Source of the DNA: Nannocystis pusilla
GTDB lineage: Bacteria > Myxococcota_A > Polyangia > Nannocystales > Nannocystaceae
Assembly (NCBI RefSeq): GCF_049060185.1
Contig: NZ_JBMEQO010000002.1
Strand: one strand, 5' to 3'
DNA length: 64,000 nt
Below, one piece after another: positions 1 through 11,744 of this stretch. The translations under genes and the position numbers were made by a program. Every line of letters begins with the position of its first letter. Positions within the stretch are counted from its first letter, which is position 1. The notes under the pieces were generated by a model. That model searched no databases. It saw only the letters and a list, made by a program, of their open reading frames with translations, and was not told where the DNA came from.

Positions 1-840
1 CGACCACCACGCGGGATCGTCGATAGCGAAGGCGGCGAGGACTTTCACAGGTGAGTCGAAAGAGACGACCCAGCGCGCGAGTTCCTCCAGCTCGTGCGAG
101 ATCGGTGCGACGAGGGCGTCGATGCTCCCCACAGACTTGAGCTCGTGCGTCGGGCCGGAGCGCCCGAGCAGAGGTGACGCGAAGAGGGTCACGTCGAAGG
201 TCGCGCCCTCGCGCGTGAGGGCGTCACGCAGCCGATCGAGGCGTGGGGCTCGCACGCTGGCGCTCGCGCGGAGGGAGAGTCCGGGCGCGGTCGGCGAGCG
301 CCGCCACGAGGTGACCTCCACGCGCTGCAAGAGATGCGCCGAGGCGCGCTCGAACGCGTGCTGGTGCGCGACCCAGACGAGCCCGAGGCCCTCGAGGGTC
401 GCGCGTACGGGGGCCGCGAGCATCGACACATCGAGGGGCGCGTCGGCAGGTGCAGCCGCGAACGCGCGATCGATCGCCCGCGCGATACGCTCGAAGCACT
501 CCACGTCGATCGTGGCGAGCTCAGGTTCGGTGCTCCCGCACTCGCGCGCCAGAACTGCCTCGAGCGGTCTGCCGTGGAATGCCGCGAGAAAGGCGGCTGC
601 CGGCGGCGCGGCGAGATCGTCGGTGAGCCCGTCCCAGCGCGCGATCCAGGGCTCGGCGTCGACGGGCAGTCGTACGTCCTGGACGCGCTCCATGTCGGTC
701 GCGACCGGGGCGAGCAGCTGCCGCGTCACGAGCCAGGTCAGCAGGATCGACGCGCGGGGATCGTCGTCGCGAAGGAGCACGGGCAAAGCCTCGACGAGCC
801 GTCGCGCCTCGTCAACACGTGCCCCCGCGTGAGCCGTGCT
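1..840 (-). CDS. Hypothetical protein, partial; the C-terminus lies beyond the window start and the start codon is uncertain.
   Basis: Hand translation of the minus strand gives a long stop-free reading with GC3-rich codons and a protein-like sequence (e.g. ...LDRLRDALTREGATFDVTLFASPLLGRSGPTHELKSVGSIDALVAPISHELEELARWVVSF...). It is absent from the ORF track because its stop is outside the window. Confidence 0.5.
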
Positions 841-1034
841 CGCCCCCGTGCCGAGGCGCGGTTGGCCCTCCGCTGACCGGGAGGACGCCGCGCATGAAAT
901 CGTCGTTCGAGGGGCTCGCTTCGACCCCGTGCCGCGGTCGATCGGGTGGCGGGGCGCCCGAGCGCTCGCGGTCGCCTTCGCATCGCAGTTCGCGCACTCG
1001 AACTTTCGCTGCTTAGAGGGCCGGCGATCCGCAG

Positions 1035-2791
1035 GTGCATCGACCGTGGGGATCGGCGCACGGATGCGCTACGGTCGGCGCGATGAGCACCGTCGAGTTG
1101 TCCGACGCCCTGATCGAGGCGCTGTGGCGGGCGGCCTTGCTGCCGCGAGACTTGCCCGTCGCGTGGCCGCCGACGAGCGTGCCGACGATCGACCGCGACG
1201 CGCTCACCGAGGAAATGTGGCGCACGCAGAGCCTCGGCCGCGGCCCCGAGATGGCGATCGTCGCGCTCGCCGAGGCGGGCGACGCGGCCGACCCGGCGCT
1301 GCGGGCCGAGCTCGTGGCGCTCGTCTGCGACGAGTTCGTCGAGCTGTCCGAACAGCCAGGTAGCGTCGCCGCGGCGCTGAAGGCCCACGTGTTCGACGGC
1401 CTGCGCGTCGCCGACGGCGCGCGGGCGCTGCAGGTCGACTGGCTGCGACCGTACCTGCGCGGCAGCGAGGGCGCGTTGCACATCGCGGTGCGCTGGAGCG
1501 ACGGCGATGTCCAGCAGCGGGCGCGCGGCTGGGTCCGCATGCCGTCGTACATCGCCAACGACCTCCCGTACGCGCCCAACTGGCGCGCGCGGGCCGAGGC
1601 GACGCTGCGCTCGGCGCTCGCCGCTCCGCGCCCGGGCTACCCGGAGACGATCGCCGGCGCGCTGCTGCAGGCGCTGATCCCCGAGGCCGTCGGCGGGCGA
1701 GCCGGGTGGCTGCTCACCCGCGGGATCGAGCTGCTCGGCGCCGGCGGCGAGCGTCCGCTCGCCGAGGTGGTCGCCGGCGATACGCGGCACACGCTGCACC
1801 TGATGTCGGTCCGGCACGACGACGAGGCGCCCCAGTACGGCCTGTTACGCTGGCTGGTGCGGGTCGTCACGCACCAGGCCGGCGAGCTCGTCGATATCCA
1901 CGAGCGCGAGGTGTACGCGAGCTCGCTCGCGGTGGAGGACTACCTGGACCCCGCGCCGACCGACGAATCGGTCGCGCGCGCGGCCGTGGAGGCATGGCGG
2001 GCCGCGGCGCAGGAGTACCTCGCCCGCGAGGACGTCGAGGCCGACGGCGAGTTCCTGATCCCCGGGTTCCTGAGGGCGTCGCGGCCGCTGGCCCTGCTGG
2101 CGACGTGGGTCGCCGAGGCCCGCCCGGCGCGCCGCCGCCTCCGTCGCCGCGGGCGAGGCTGAGCGAGGAGCGCCTCGCCGCGGCCGCGACGCGCGTCCGA
2201 CTGCTCGACGAGGCCGAGACCGACGCGCTGCGCGAGAGCGTCGACGACCAGCTGCTCGCGGCGCTCGAGCTCGACGGCTGGACCGTGCTGTTCTGCCCGT
2301 GCCACCGCCCCGACCCCGGGACGTTCCAGGAGGACCGGATCGAGCTGTGCCCGCCCGGCGGGGAGTACGAGACGATCCTGATGAGCGACCCATGGAACGG
2401 CCACGTGATGCCGCTCGACGGCGACGCGCCGCTGTTCCGGATCGTCGCCCGGTTCTGGCGCGAGCTGCTCGACCGCAACGGCCTCGACGTCGCGTACACC
2501 AACCCGCGCGCCGCGGACGACGAGGACGACGAGCCGGGCGCCGGGAGCACCAGCCTGCGCGCGTGGCTCGAGTTCCCGCTGTCCGACGACCTCCCGCCGT
2601 TCCCCGCGATCGACTGGCGCGTCTACGACCGCTCCGAGGACGACTTCATCGCCGACTTCAGCTTCTGGGCCGACGGGCCGTTCGGCATGTCGCCTGAACT
2701 TCAGGCCAGGTTCCAGGCGGCGATCGCCACGCATTACCACGCCTACGTGCGCGCGCTGATCGACCCCGACCTCCAACCTCGCGCCGAGTGA
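1035..2791 (+). CDS. Hypothetical protein with an apparent frameshift near 2130-2160 that joins ORF 1035..2162 to the C-terminal part of ORF 1706..2791.
   Basis: Both segments read as protein with GC3-rich codons. The frame-2 ORF is protein-like only from about 2150 (…RLSEERLAAAATRVRLLDEAETDALRESVDD… onward). No family was recognised. Confidence 0.45.
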
Positions 2792-2971
2792 AGCCGTCGC
2801 GCCGTCGTCGCATTTTTCGATGGCTGGTAGGCGTCGACCGCGGAGGCCGATGGAGCGACATACCAGGGCGCCGGAGGGGCGGCGACACAGGAGCAGGACA
2901 CGGCCCGGTTCGGTCGAGACGTGTGCGCGATCCGGCGGATCCTTGCTATTCTGAAGCGGCAGGCAGGGCTG

Positions 2972-3324
2972 ATGGTCAAGGTCATCTCGTTCGGCTTCAA
3001 ATATGGTCCGCCTTACCCGGAGGCGGACATGCGCATCGACCTGCGAAGTCGGATCCACAACCCGCAAGACCAGCTCCCGAAAAACGCGGTCGGGACGGAT
3101 CGCGTGGTGATCAGCGCCGTGCTCGGACCTGCGGAGAACAAGAAGATCCTGCAGCGCTATTACGAGCGCGCGCATGCTCTGGCCCGAAAGGGGAGCCCTG
3201 CTCGGTCGCGTTCGGCTGCAAGAGCGGCATCCATCGCAGTGTCGTATTCGCCAACGAGATCGCCGCGCGTCTACGTGACGACGGCTTCGCCGTCGAGGTC
3301 GAGCACCTGCACCTTCGAAGCTGA
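2972..3324 (+). CDS. RapZ C-terminal-domain-like protein (stand-alone RNase-adaptor-like domain), with a frameshift at about 3190.
   Basis: MVKVISFGFKYGPP..EADMRIDLRSRIHNP, then (other frame) SVAFGCKSGIHRSVVFANEIAARLRDDGFAVEVEHLHL, match the conserved RapZ/YhbJ C-terminal motifs (SFGFKxG..D..FDxRFLPNP and GCTGGxHRSV). The switch between the two ORF frames looks like a 1-nt indel. Confidence 0.55.
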
Positions 3325-3458
3325 GCGGCTAGCCTTGACTCAGCATATTTGTCAGCGACGCTGAGCGACGTCGCGTCGGTCTCACACCCGCGAAAGCGGC
3401 GAGCCGCAGTTGCCGGACTGGCAGGGCCGTGCGATCCTCCGCCCTCCGCAGAGCGGCG

Positions 3459-3902
3459 ATGACTGCCTTCTTCCTCGAGTTCGAGGTCGTCCGCGAAGAC
3501 CGATACGCGCCCCTCGTTGCCGTCGTCGAGGCTTTGCGCCTCAGCAAGCGGGAGGATGTGTGGCCGGACGACGATTTCTGGCTCACCTTCTTCGACGCCG
3601 AGGCGGCGTCCTACTTCTGGTGGCCCACCGCGGCGGATGTGGCGGCGTACCGTCGTCGCTGGGATGCGACCCCGGCCTCGGAGCGGCCGTACGACCCGGC
3701 CCTCGAGACACCCTGGGATTTCGGGTCGATGCTCGACGCGTTCCGCAACGGCGAGTACGAGATCCTGGGCTGCCGCCGGATCTCGCCGTCGACGGCGCGC
3801 CTCGAGTTCGAACCGCATGCGGGGCCGTTTGGCGGCACTGAGTGCATGCGGGTGCTGGTCGAGTCGTTCGGTCACCGGGTGGTGCACGACTCCTGGGGCT
3901 GA
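3459..3902 (+). CDS. Hypothetical protein.
   Basis: A clean single-frame ORF (MTAFFLEFEVVREDRYAPLVAVVEAL…HRVVHDSWG) with protein-like composition and no recognised domain. Confidence 0.5.
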   Translation: MTAFFLEFEVVREDRYAPLVAVVEALRLSKREDVWPDDDFWLTFFDAEAASYFWWPTAADVAAYRRRWDATPASERPYDPALETPWDFGSMLDAFRNGEYEILGCRRISPSTARLEFEPHAGPFGGTECMRVLVESFGHRVVHDSWG

Positions 3903-4035
3903 GGCAGCCTCTTGCATCCGAGCGTTCGCGGTCCGGCCGGCAGGCGGATCGAGTGAAGGCGCTGCGTGGGTGGCGAAGGTCGGTTGGTCCAGGTCGCAAC
4001 ATCCGAGGGTCGACTCGTCGAGCCAGTTCGGGGAT

Positions 4036-6953
4036 TCATCGGCGTGTGGCGATGAGCGTGACGCTGCCTCCACGCGCGAGCTCGAGGCGGAGCTCGGTCC
4101 CCACGGGCACACGCGTCAGGGCGGCGAAGCGATGCACGTGGTCGCCGGTGACGTCATGTCCGTCGACCGCGACGATCGCGTCGCCGACCCGCAGCCCGGC
4201 GTGCGCCGCGGGGCCGCCAGGCTGCACGGACGCGACGGTCGGCCGCCGCGCTTCCGCTCCTCCGTCGGGTCGTCTCGTCGCATCGTCATGCCGAGCTCGC
4301 CGGCTTGGTCCCCGGGCTGAAGCCGGCGTCGCGGCACCTGGAGCGGCGCCAGTTCGACCACACTGCCGTTCGAGATCACCGCGCGCGTCCAGAGGGTCTC
4401 GTGGTCGCTCGTCGCTCCGAAGCTCCTGGCGGTGACGATCACCGTCGCGTGGCCGACAGGCACGTCGGCGACCTCGAACCGGCCCTCCGCGTCGGACACC
4501 GAGCGCTCGTCGACGTGGTCCACCGAGCTGATGAACGCCTCTGTTCCTTCCGCGCCGAACTTCACGCGCATTCCCGGCACCGGCTCGCCGGTGTCGAGGT
4601 CGATCACGCGGCCACGAACGGTCACGCGACCCGCCAGCGCGACCTCGACCTGTCCGCGCTCGCCCGTCGCCAGCGTGACCTCGGCCTTGCCCGCGCCTTC
4701 CGGTGCCTCGACCGCGACCACGAACTTGCCTGCAGGCACCTGCGGGAACGCGAACGTCCCGTCGGTGCGGAAGAAGCTGTCTCGTACCTGGTAGCCGGTC
4801 GCCACATCGCGGAGCTCCACCGAGAATCGCTCCGGCCCGCCGCCGCCGGGCGAGCGCACCCTTCCGACCAGCGCTCCCGGCGCGGCGATCTTGACGACGA
4901 CCTCGCTGCCCAGCGCCACGCGCTCGACGATCCCTCGCCGCCGCCGCGCCGGTGGGCCACGAGCGTATATGTCCCTTCAGGCAGGTCGCCAAGCTCGAAT
5001 CTTCCGTCGACGTCGGTCATCCGCGGCCGCAGTCCGCGGTCCATGCTCCACCGCATGTCGCGCAAGGCGGCCCCTGGTGCGCCGCTCTCGGGCTCGTGCA
5101 AGACCTCGACGAAGACGTCGTCCTGCGCTGCCTCGTCGCCATCCACGACCCGTCCGGTGATCCTCCCGTCCGGGGCCTCGACGACGAGGTCGAGGACAGC
5201 GGTCTCGCCGGTCTCGACCTGCACGCGCGGCTCATCGCCGTCCTTGGCGTCGTGCATGCGCATCGGCTGGTAGCTCTTGCTCACGCTCGCCTGGTACGCG
5301 CCGGCAGCGAGGCCGGAGAGGCGGAAGCTCCCGTCGTCGAGGCTGGTCGTCTGCGCGTAGTTCGGCCCGCGAAGCAAGACTCGCGCACCGGCGATGGCGC
5401 GGCCGTGGACGTCGCGGACCTCGCCACGGACCTCGCCGGCCGCCGGAAGCTCGATGCGGAGGTCGTCGAGGTCATGCCCTTCACGAACCTCGACTTCGGG
5501 CCCTTGGAGGAGCTGCGGCGGATCTCCGGCCAACACGCGCAACGCATAGCGCCCCGGCAGCAGGCCCGTGAATTCGAACCGTCCGGCGTGGTCGGCCTCT
5601 GCGTGTCCGCTGGTCGACTGCGCATTCGAACGGCTCGGGTCGACCTGCGGGCTCACCGTCACCGTCGTCGCAGTGACGGGCTCTCGGGTCGTGGCCACGA
5701 CCGTGCCGCGGATCGTCTGACCCGGTCGGACCTCCCAGCGTAGCTCGCGGAGGCTGCGGTCGGCGATCGCCAGGGGCGGGTAGCTCGGCGCCGACACGAA
5801 CCCTTCGCACCGGACGTCCACCTTGTAACTCCCGGGCAGCAGCCCCGGGACCCGCACCCGGCCGTCGGGGGCGATCGTCGCATGACGCTGGCCTTGGGGA
5901 TCCGTCAGGATGACCGAGCCGCGATCGCACGTGCCCCGCCGGCGACCACGACTGTCCCTTCGACCAGGAAAGCCGGGTGCATGCGAACCTCCACCGGCGC
6001 GGAGGTTTCACCGAGGCCGAGCACCACCAGCGCCTCCGCAGCACCATGTCCCTCGTCATGCAGCGCTCGCGCCTTGTAGGCACCGGGTCGCAGCGCGTCG
6101 ATCCTGAAGTTTCCGGAGGCGTCGGTGAAGGCCGGTCCCTGGCGACCCCATCCGCCGCCGTCGAGCGCGCTCACCTCGGCGCCCGCGACCGGCGACCCGT
6201 CGTCGGCGCGCACCACCCGACCGAGCAGCACCGACTCGGGAGTCATGAGGATCTCGAGCGTCAATCCCGGTGCGCGCCCGGAGGCCTGCGTGTCCGCGTA
6301 GCCCTCCGCCGTCGCCCTCACCAGCACCTCGCCCGGGCGGACCCACAGCGAGAAGCTGCCGTCCGCGCCCGAGCGCCCGGCCGCGTCGCCCGCTTCGACA
6401 ATCGCCCCATCGACCTCTCCGCCGCCGAGGTCGCGCACGATCCCGACGAGCTTCACCCCGCTGGGCAGCAGGGTCATGTCGATGCCTCGCTCTTCCTGCC
6501 CGAAGCGCAGAGACACCAGCTCGCGCGCCAGGGCCCGGAGCCGCTCCGGTGCGCCTGCGGGATGAAATGCGGCGCGCTCGCGGTGACCCGATGCGGCACT
6601 GCCAGCAGGCCGTCCAGGCGATAAGAGCCGTCCGCCGCTGCGATCGTGCAAGGCCTCGCGCGCCGCTCGGACGCGCCGAGCGCCTCCGACGACGACGCGG
6701 CGCACACCGTCGCGGCCGGCACTGGGTGCCCCTCGGGATCGCGCACGTGCCCGGAGATGGCCGCCCGGTCTGCACGGCCCGGATCGATCGGCGTCCTCGC
6801 CGGTCCCTCGACCAGAGACTGCAGCACGGTTTGCGAGGCAGTCGGTCCCGCGGAGGGAGGCCCCGCCGGGGATGGCTCCGTGAGTGCGAGCCAGCCGGCC
6901 ACACCGACGATGCCGAGGCTCGTCACGAGGATGACTTTCGCAGCGGCGCTCAT
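4036..6953 (-). CDS. Large secreted or membrane-anchored protein made of carboxypeptidase-regulatory-like (CarbopepD_reg/Big-like) repeats with a C-terminal PDZ domain; at least four apparent frameshifts.
   Basis: It begins with an N-terminal TM/signal segment (MSAAAKVILVTSLGIVGVAGWLA). Repeated motifs such as GxVxDxxGxPVxGAxV…DGxFRLxGLxPGxY are spread over the ORF frames 6474..7010, 5905..7215, 4622..5857, 4116..4919 and 4036..4992. The C-terminus reads as a PDZ domain (GLRVGDAIVAVDGHDVTG…GTELRLELARGGSVTLI). The five segments follow one another in different frames, which is consistent with one gene broken by indels. Confidence 0.55.
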
Positions 6954-7522
6954 GGAGCTGCTTGGGCTCGCGGATGGGAGCGACGCGCCGTGAGGCGCGG
7001 GCAGGACCACGACACACCAGGCCGAACGCCCCCGAACTGCTCGTCCAGTCGAGCACGCAGGCGCTGGAGCGAGCGGTGGAGGCGCGAGCGCACGGTCGCC
7101 GCAGGGATGGCGAGCCCGCGGGCGATCTCGGCCGCGCTCTCACCCTCGAAGAACCTACGGACGATGATCTTCTGATCCTCGGGCGCGAGCCGCTCGAGCT
7201 CGGCGAGGAGCACACGGAGCAGTTCCAGGCGCAGCAACTCCCGGTCGGGCTCGGCGGCGGTCGCCCTCGTCGACGCCCCAGCCTGCTCCCGCCGCTCGCG
7301 GCGCGCCTGCGTGCGCAGCTGCATGCGGAAACGGTTGCGAAGGACCGTCGCCAGCCACGGGCGCAGCGGCTGGTCGTCGTCGGCCGGCGGGTGGGACCAT
7401 GCGGTCACGAGCGTGTCCTGCACGAGGTCGGCGGCGTCGTCGGCGTCTCGTGCGAGGGCGGCGGCCAGGCGTTGCAGCCAAATCATATCCGCGAAGGCGG
7501 CGGTCGCTCCGGAGTGGGTCAT
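6950..7522 (-). CDS. ECF (sigma-70 family) RNA polymerase sigma factor.
   Basis: It has region-2 and region-4 hallmarks (…DLVQDTLVTAWSH…, …LAPEDQKIIVRRFFEGESAAEIARGLAIPAATVRSRLHRSLQRLRA…). It lies directly upstream of the repeat/PDZ protein, co-directional and overlapping its start, in a sigma plus membrane-partner-like arrangement. Confidence 0.75.
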   Translation of the reverse strand: MTHSGATAAFADMIWLQRLAAALARDADDAADLVQDTLVTAWSHPPADDDQPLRPWLATVLRNRFRMQLRTQARRERREQAGASTRATAAEPDRELLRLELLRVLLAELERLAPEDQKIIVRRFFEGESAAEIARGLAIPAATVRSRLHRSLQRLRARLDEQFGGVRPGVSWSCPRLTARRSHPRAQAAP

Positions 7523-7904
7523 CGTTCACCGCCGGCATGCCACCGCGCGGGCGAGTGTTGCAAAGGCGAGGTCGATTTTTTCGGCGGACTTCGAGCGCGA
7601 ACGCCTGATGCACGAACTTGCGGTCGCGCGCGGTTTGGGCGCCGCCGTCCCGGTAGCGAGCGAACCGCATCTGGAGCGGTGCCCCGTGGAGCCGCCCACT
7701 ACCGTCTTTTTACGCGTGTCTCCGATGCTGCTCTGCGCGAGACTCGGGTGAAGTCATGCACACGCGGCGCTCGGCTACGCGAAGAGCCCGTTTACGAACC
7801 GGGTCGACGACATCGCGCGGTCCGTGAACGGCAGCGCTCGTCCGCACGCCCCGCATTGACAGCGTGCGCGTCGCCGTGGAACCGTCGACATCGCCGGAGG
7901 CACA

Positions 7905-9287
7905 GATGGCGAGTCCGCGAATAGCGAACATCGGCGGTGCGCCGCAGCTGCATCAACAGCAGCAGCAACAGGGCCAGCAGCAACAGGCCCAGCAGCAACA
8001 GGCCCAGCAGCAACAGGGCCAGCAGCAACAGGTCCAGCAGCAACAGGGCCAGCAGCAACAGGTCCACGCGCCGATCTTTCCAGCGCAGGAGCAGGCGCAG
8101 GCGCAGGCGCAGGCGCAGGCGCAGCCGCAGCCGCAGCAAGGGCAGGGCGCGGCACCGCAGCAGCCGGCGGGGCTCATCGTCCCCGCGCAGCCGGCTGTGC
8201 TCGGCAACCCGGCGCCCGTCCCTCGCCCTGCGGGGCATTCTGGCAGATGGGCCAGGCCATCGGCCCCGCGGGTCCCGGGGCCTTGCCGCGGATCGACTAC
8301 GGCATGTTCGAGACCAAGCCCTACGATGTCCGCCTCGACGACGCGATGGCCTGGATCGCGAGGCATCGAGACACGGAGCCGGGTCTGCAGGCGGCCCTTC
8401 GCAACTGGCGTCGGTACACGCCCGAGGACGACCAGCGCTACCTCAGCCATTGGATGTCGCAGTCGGGCCTCGACCGCCGCTTCGCCGACGACCGCGAGAC
8501 CGCCCGCGCCATCATCCTGATGGCGGCGCTCGAGCACCCGAACGACCGCGCCCGCTGGCGGCAGGCCGCCCGCGACGTGGAGGCCGGCCGTCTCGACCTC
8601 TACACCGCGCGGCAGCGGGTGCGCCAGGCCTACGACGCCCGCCACAATACCCAGCAGAACCTCGAGGCCGCGCGCGACAGCCTGCGGACCGACCCGATCC
8701 GGTTCCTGAGCGACTACCCGCTCGTGATCGCCAGCACGCCGGGACGCGAAGGCCACCCGTACCGCCTGGTCATGGTCGGGGGACCTACCGGTTGACGAAC
8801 GACGCCTACGGCGTCCAGGGCATAGCGATCCACGGCGACACGATCCCCGCCATACCCGCACGCCACCTCGACCCGCAGAATCAGGCCCTGGTCGGCACGC
8901 TAGCGACCGGCGACATGACATTGACGACCCAGTTCTCCGGCTGCGCGTACGTGTTCCAGACCAGCGCCGACAAGCAGCATCTCGTCGCGACCCACCGCAA
9001 CCCAGGGATGAACGACGCGAGACAGCTCGAGGACGGCCGGTCGGGTGCCGACCTCGCCCGTGACCTCCGCGCCCATGCCCACTTCGACAACCCTCCACCG
9101 GACCCCGTGCCGATCCGCGTGTACGGCCGGCTGGACGCCGACGCCCCCGGGGAGCTTCGGCTATCGCTACGGCTACATGACGACGATCGTGGCGATCAAG
9201 GACGAGCACCAGCGGTGGCAGGTGTACGCGCAGAATCGCCTGCCCGACCACAGCCTGGTGGTCGAGCACCTCAACCCGCCGCCGTGA
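7905..9287 (+). CDS. Hypothetical protein with an N-terminal Gln-rich low-complexity tract; three apparent frameshifts (around 8230, 8790 and 9130).
   Basis: MASPRIANIGGAPQLHQQQQQQGQQQQAQQQQ… is followed by a protein-like body spread over ORFs 7864.., 8247.., 7937.. and 9045..9287 (…GMFETKPYDVRLDDAMAWIARHRDTEPGLQ… …TTQFSGCAYVFQTSADKQHLVATHRNPGMNDARQLEDG… …YRYGYMTTIVAIKDEHQRWQVYAQNRLPDHSLVVEHLNPPP). No family was recognised. Confidence 0.4.
7960..8140. repeat. Coding microsatellite: about seven copies of the 15-bp unit CAGCAGCAACAGGNC followed by (CAGGCG)n/(CAGCCG)n hexamer repeats.
   Basis: Direct reading gives cagcagcaacagggccagcagcaacaggcccag… then caggcgcaggcgcaggcgcaggcgcagccgcagccgcag. 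These encode the QQQQ(G/A/V) and QA/QP tracts at the N-terminus of the preceding CDS. Confidence 0.85.
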
Positions 9288-9812
9288 ATCCGGCGTTCGT
9301 GGCAGCCGAATCACCACAGGCGCGACTTCGCGCCTGCCGACAATCGCTGGGAAAGATCGCCTTGCACGTCCCGCCGTCGCACACGAGCGGCGGAGCAGCA
9401 ATGGTCGTCCAGTCGGCACGGCCCGCACGTCCCCCGGGGGCGCCTCCATGCGCTTCGATATCCAGCGCGGGCTCCCTCCCGGTGACTCACCGGTGGGCGC
9501 CGGGTCGGGCACGGCGAGACCTCCGCTCAGTCGGCTAGCTCGGCGTGCAACGAAGCGGGCTCGGCGCAAGCGAGCGAGCGGGCCTGGAGGCGTGCCAATT
9601 GTGCCCCCGACGCGGAGTCGAAATTGCCTGGTGAGAGTCGGGGGCCGGGGCGTTCATGGAGATCGCGCGGCCATGCTGCTCGTGCTGCACCTGCTCGAGG
9701 CTGCGGACGCAGGTCGACGCCCGCGAGCCCTGGGGACTCGCGGGCTGTGTCGGCAGAATTCCTGCCTCAGACGAATGGCGAGCGCGATCAAATGGTTGTC
9801 GAAGTCCGGGTC

Positions 9813-11744
9813 CTACTGCATGAAGCAATAGATCGGCTTCTTCCAGGCGCACGATTGCTGGCAGACGAATTGCGTCCACAGGCCGTCGGCCTTGTTCCAC
9901 TGGCCGCCGCCGGTGAAGCCGGGGGCGTTGCTGGTCCAGTTTTGGCAATCGGTGAAGTCGGCGAACATGGTGCCGTTGGTGATCGTGTTGGTGAAGGTGA
10001 GCTGGGAGACGCCGCTGCAGACGTTGGCGTCGGAGCCGGGCGGGGTCTTGAGCTCGGAGAGGTTGATGGCGGCGGCGATGTTGCCGTCGATGAGGTCGGC
10101 CCAGTTGTTGGCGACGAGGACGCCGTCGCGGCGGGCGTAGGGGATCGCCGACTTGGTGAAGCGGGTGACGGGGGTGCCGGTGTCGTCGCTCAGCCAGGCG
10201 CGGTAGGTGCCGGGGAGGCCGGCGGCCTGGGCGGCGGCCTGGCACTTCATGTCGGCGCCGGCGAGGCCGCCGAGGTTGCCGTCGAAGCCCTGGCTGGTGG
10301 CGAACACGACCTTGTGCGCCTTGCACTTCGAGCTGCAACCGTCGCCCTCGGCGAGGTTGCCGTCCTCGCAGTTCTCGCCGGCGGCGCTGTTGATGACGCC
10401 GTCGTTGCAGGCGGCGAAGGTGCAGTCGATGTCGCAGGTGGAGCTCTGGCCGCCGTGATCGCAGGCCTCGCCGGCGCTCTCGTTGAGGACCTCGTCGCCG
10501 CAGACGACGGCGGTGCAGTCGTCGTCGCAGGTGGCGGTCTCGGTGCCGGCGTCGCAGGTCTCGCCGGCGGCGCCGTTGACGGTCTGGTCGCCGCACACCG
10601 CGAGGGTGCAGTCGCTGTCGCAGGTGGGGCTGTCGCCGCCGGTGTCGCAGGCCTCACCGCTGGCGGGGTTGTGGTGGGCGTCGCCGCACTGCGGGAGGGT
10701 GCAGTCGCTGTCGCAGGCGGGGCTGTTGCCGGCGTCGTCGCAGGCCTCGGTGCCGGCGAGGACGAAGCCGTCGCCGCACACGGCGAGTTTGCACAGGGTG
10801 GTGCAGGCGTCGTCGTCGAGGTCGTTGCCGTCGTCGCACTCCTCGTCCATCTGCAAGATGCCGTCGCCGCAGGTGGCGAGGGCGCACTCGTTGGTGCAGG
10901 CGTCGTCGTTGACGTCGTTGCCGTCGTCGCAGGCCTCGAGCAGCTCGTGGACGATGCCGTCGCCGCACTCGGCGAGGATGCAGCCGACCAGACAGTCGTC
11001 GTTGTCGAGGTCGTTGCCGTCGTCGCACGGCTCGACGCCGACCTGGATGACGCCGTCGCCGCACACGGCGGTGGTGCAGGCGTTGGTGCAATCGTCGCCG
11101 TCGTCGAGGTTGCCGTCGTCGCACTCCTCGGTGAGCTGGACGATGCTGTCGCCGCAGACGGGGAGGCGACAGCCGGTCGAACAGCCGTCGTCCTCGATGT
11201 CGTTGCCGTCGTCGCACTCCTCGCCGACGAGCTCCTGGACGATGCCGTCGCCGCACACGGCGGCGATGCAGGCGTTGGAGCAGGCGTTGAGGTCGACGAG
11301 GTCGCCGTCGTCGCACTCCTCGCCCGGATCGACCTGACCGTCGCCGCAGATCGGCGGCGGGCCGGTGGTGCTGTCAGTCTCGCCAGTGGTGGTGGTGGTC
11401 GAGGTCGAAGTGGTGGTCGTGCCGTCGGTGATGGTGCCGTCGGTGATGGTGCCGTCGGTGACAGTGCCGTCGGTGCTCGTGATCGCGGTGTCGGTGACAG
11501 GGCCGGTGGTCGGCTCGAGGGTGGTGCCGGTCTCGGTGCCGCCGATCGTGCCGGTCTCGGTGGTCGGTGCGGTGGTGGTCGGCAAGTCGGGGCCGGTGGT
11601 GCTGCCTGCGGTGGTGGTGCCGTCCGTGTCGGTGGTGCCGGTGCCGGTGTCCGTGAGCACTGCAGTGTCGGTGCGACCACAGGCGAGGGCCGAGGCGAGC
11701 ATCACGAGACCCAGCGAACGACAAGCGAAGCTGTAAGCGAGCAT
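9813..11744 (-). CDS. Secreted Myxococcus-type cysteine-rich repeat protein (TIGR02232-like CxxCGDG…EECDDGN repeats) with a C-terminal DUF1554-like domain.
   Basis: A signal peptide (MLAYSFACRSLGLVMLASALACG) is followed by a Thr/Gly-rich linker. At least 12 tandem repeats match C-GDG-x5-E-x-CDDGN-x4-D-x-C-x3-C. The C-terminal domain reads …FATSQGFDGNLGGLAGADMKCQAAAQAAGLPGTYRAWLSD…. The gene lies in a single frame. Confidence 0.85.
   Translation of the reverse strand: MLAYSFACRSLGLVMLASALACGRTDTAVLTDTGTGTTDTDGTTTAGSTTGPDLPTTTAPTTETGTIGGTETGTTLEPTTGPVTDTAITSTDGTVTDGTITDGTITDGTTTTSTSTTTTTGETDSTTGPPPICGDGQVDPGEECDDGDLVDLNACSNACIAAVCGDGIVQELVGEECDDGNDIEDDGCSTGCRLPVCGDSIVQLTEECDDGNLDDGDDCTNACTTAVCGDGVIQVGVEPCDDGNDLDNDDCLVGCILAECGDGIVHELLEACDDGNDVNDDACTNECALATCGDGILQMDEECDDGNDLDDDACTTLCKLAVCGDGFVLAGTEACDDAGNSPACDSDCTLPQCGDAHHNPASGEACDTGGDSPTCDSDCTLAVCGDQTVNGAAGETCDAGTETATCDDDCTAVVCGDEVLNESAGEACDHGGQSSTCDIDCTFAACNDGVINSAAGENCEDGNLAEGDGCSSKCKAHKVVFATSQGFDGNLGGLAGADMKCQAAAQAAGLPGTYRAWLSDDTGTPVTRFTKSAIPYARRDGVLVANNWADLIDGNIAAAINLSELKTPPGSDANVCSGVSQLTFTNTITNGTMFADFTDCQNWTSNAPGFTGGGQWNKADGLWTQFVCQQSCAWKKPIYCFMQ

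Noticed and set aside
7523-7904. ECF-type -35/-10 promoter elements (GGAAC…CGTC) between the sigma factor gene and the poly-Q gene.
   Set aside because: A GGAACC is present at about 7877, but spacing to any CGT(C)-like -10 is wrong, so a promoter could not be called with confidence.
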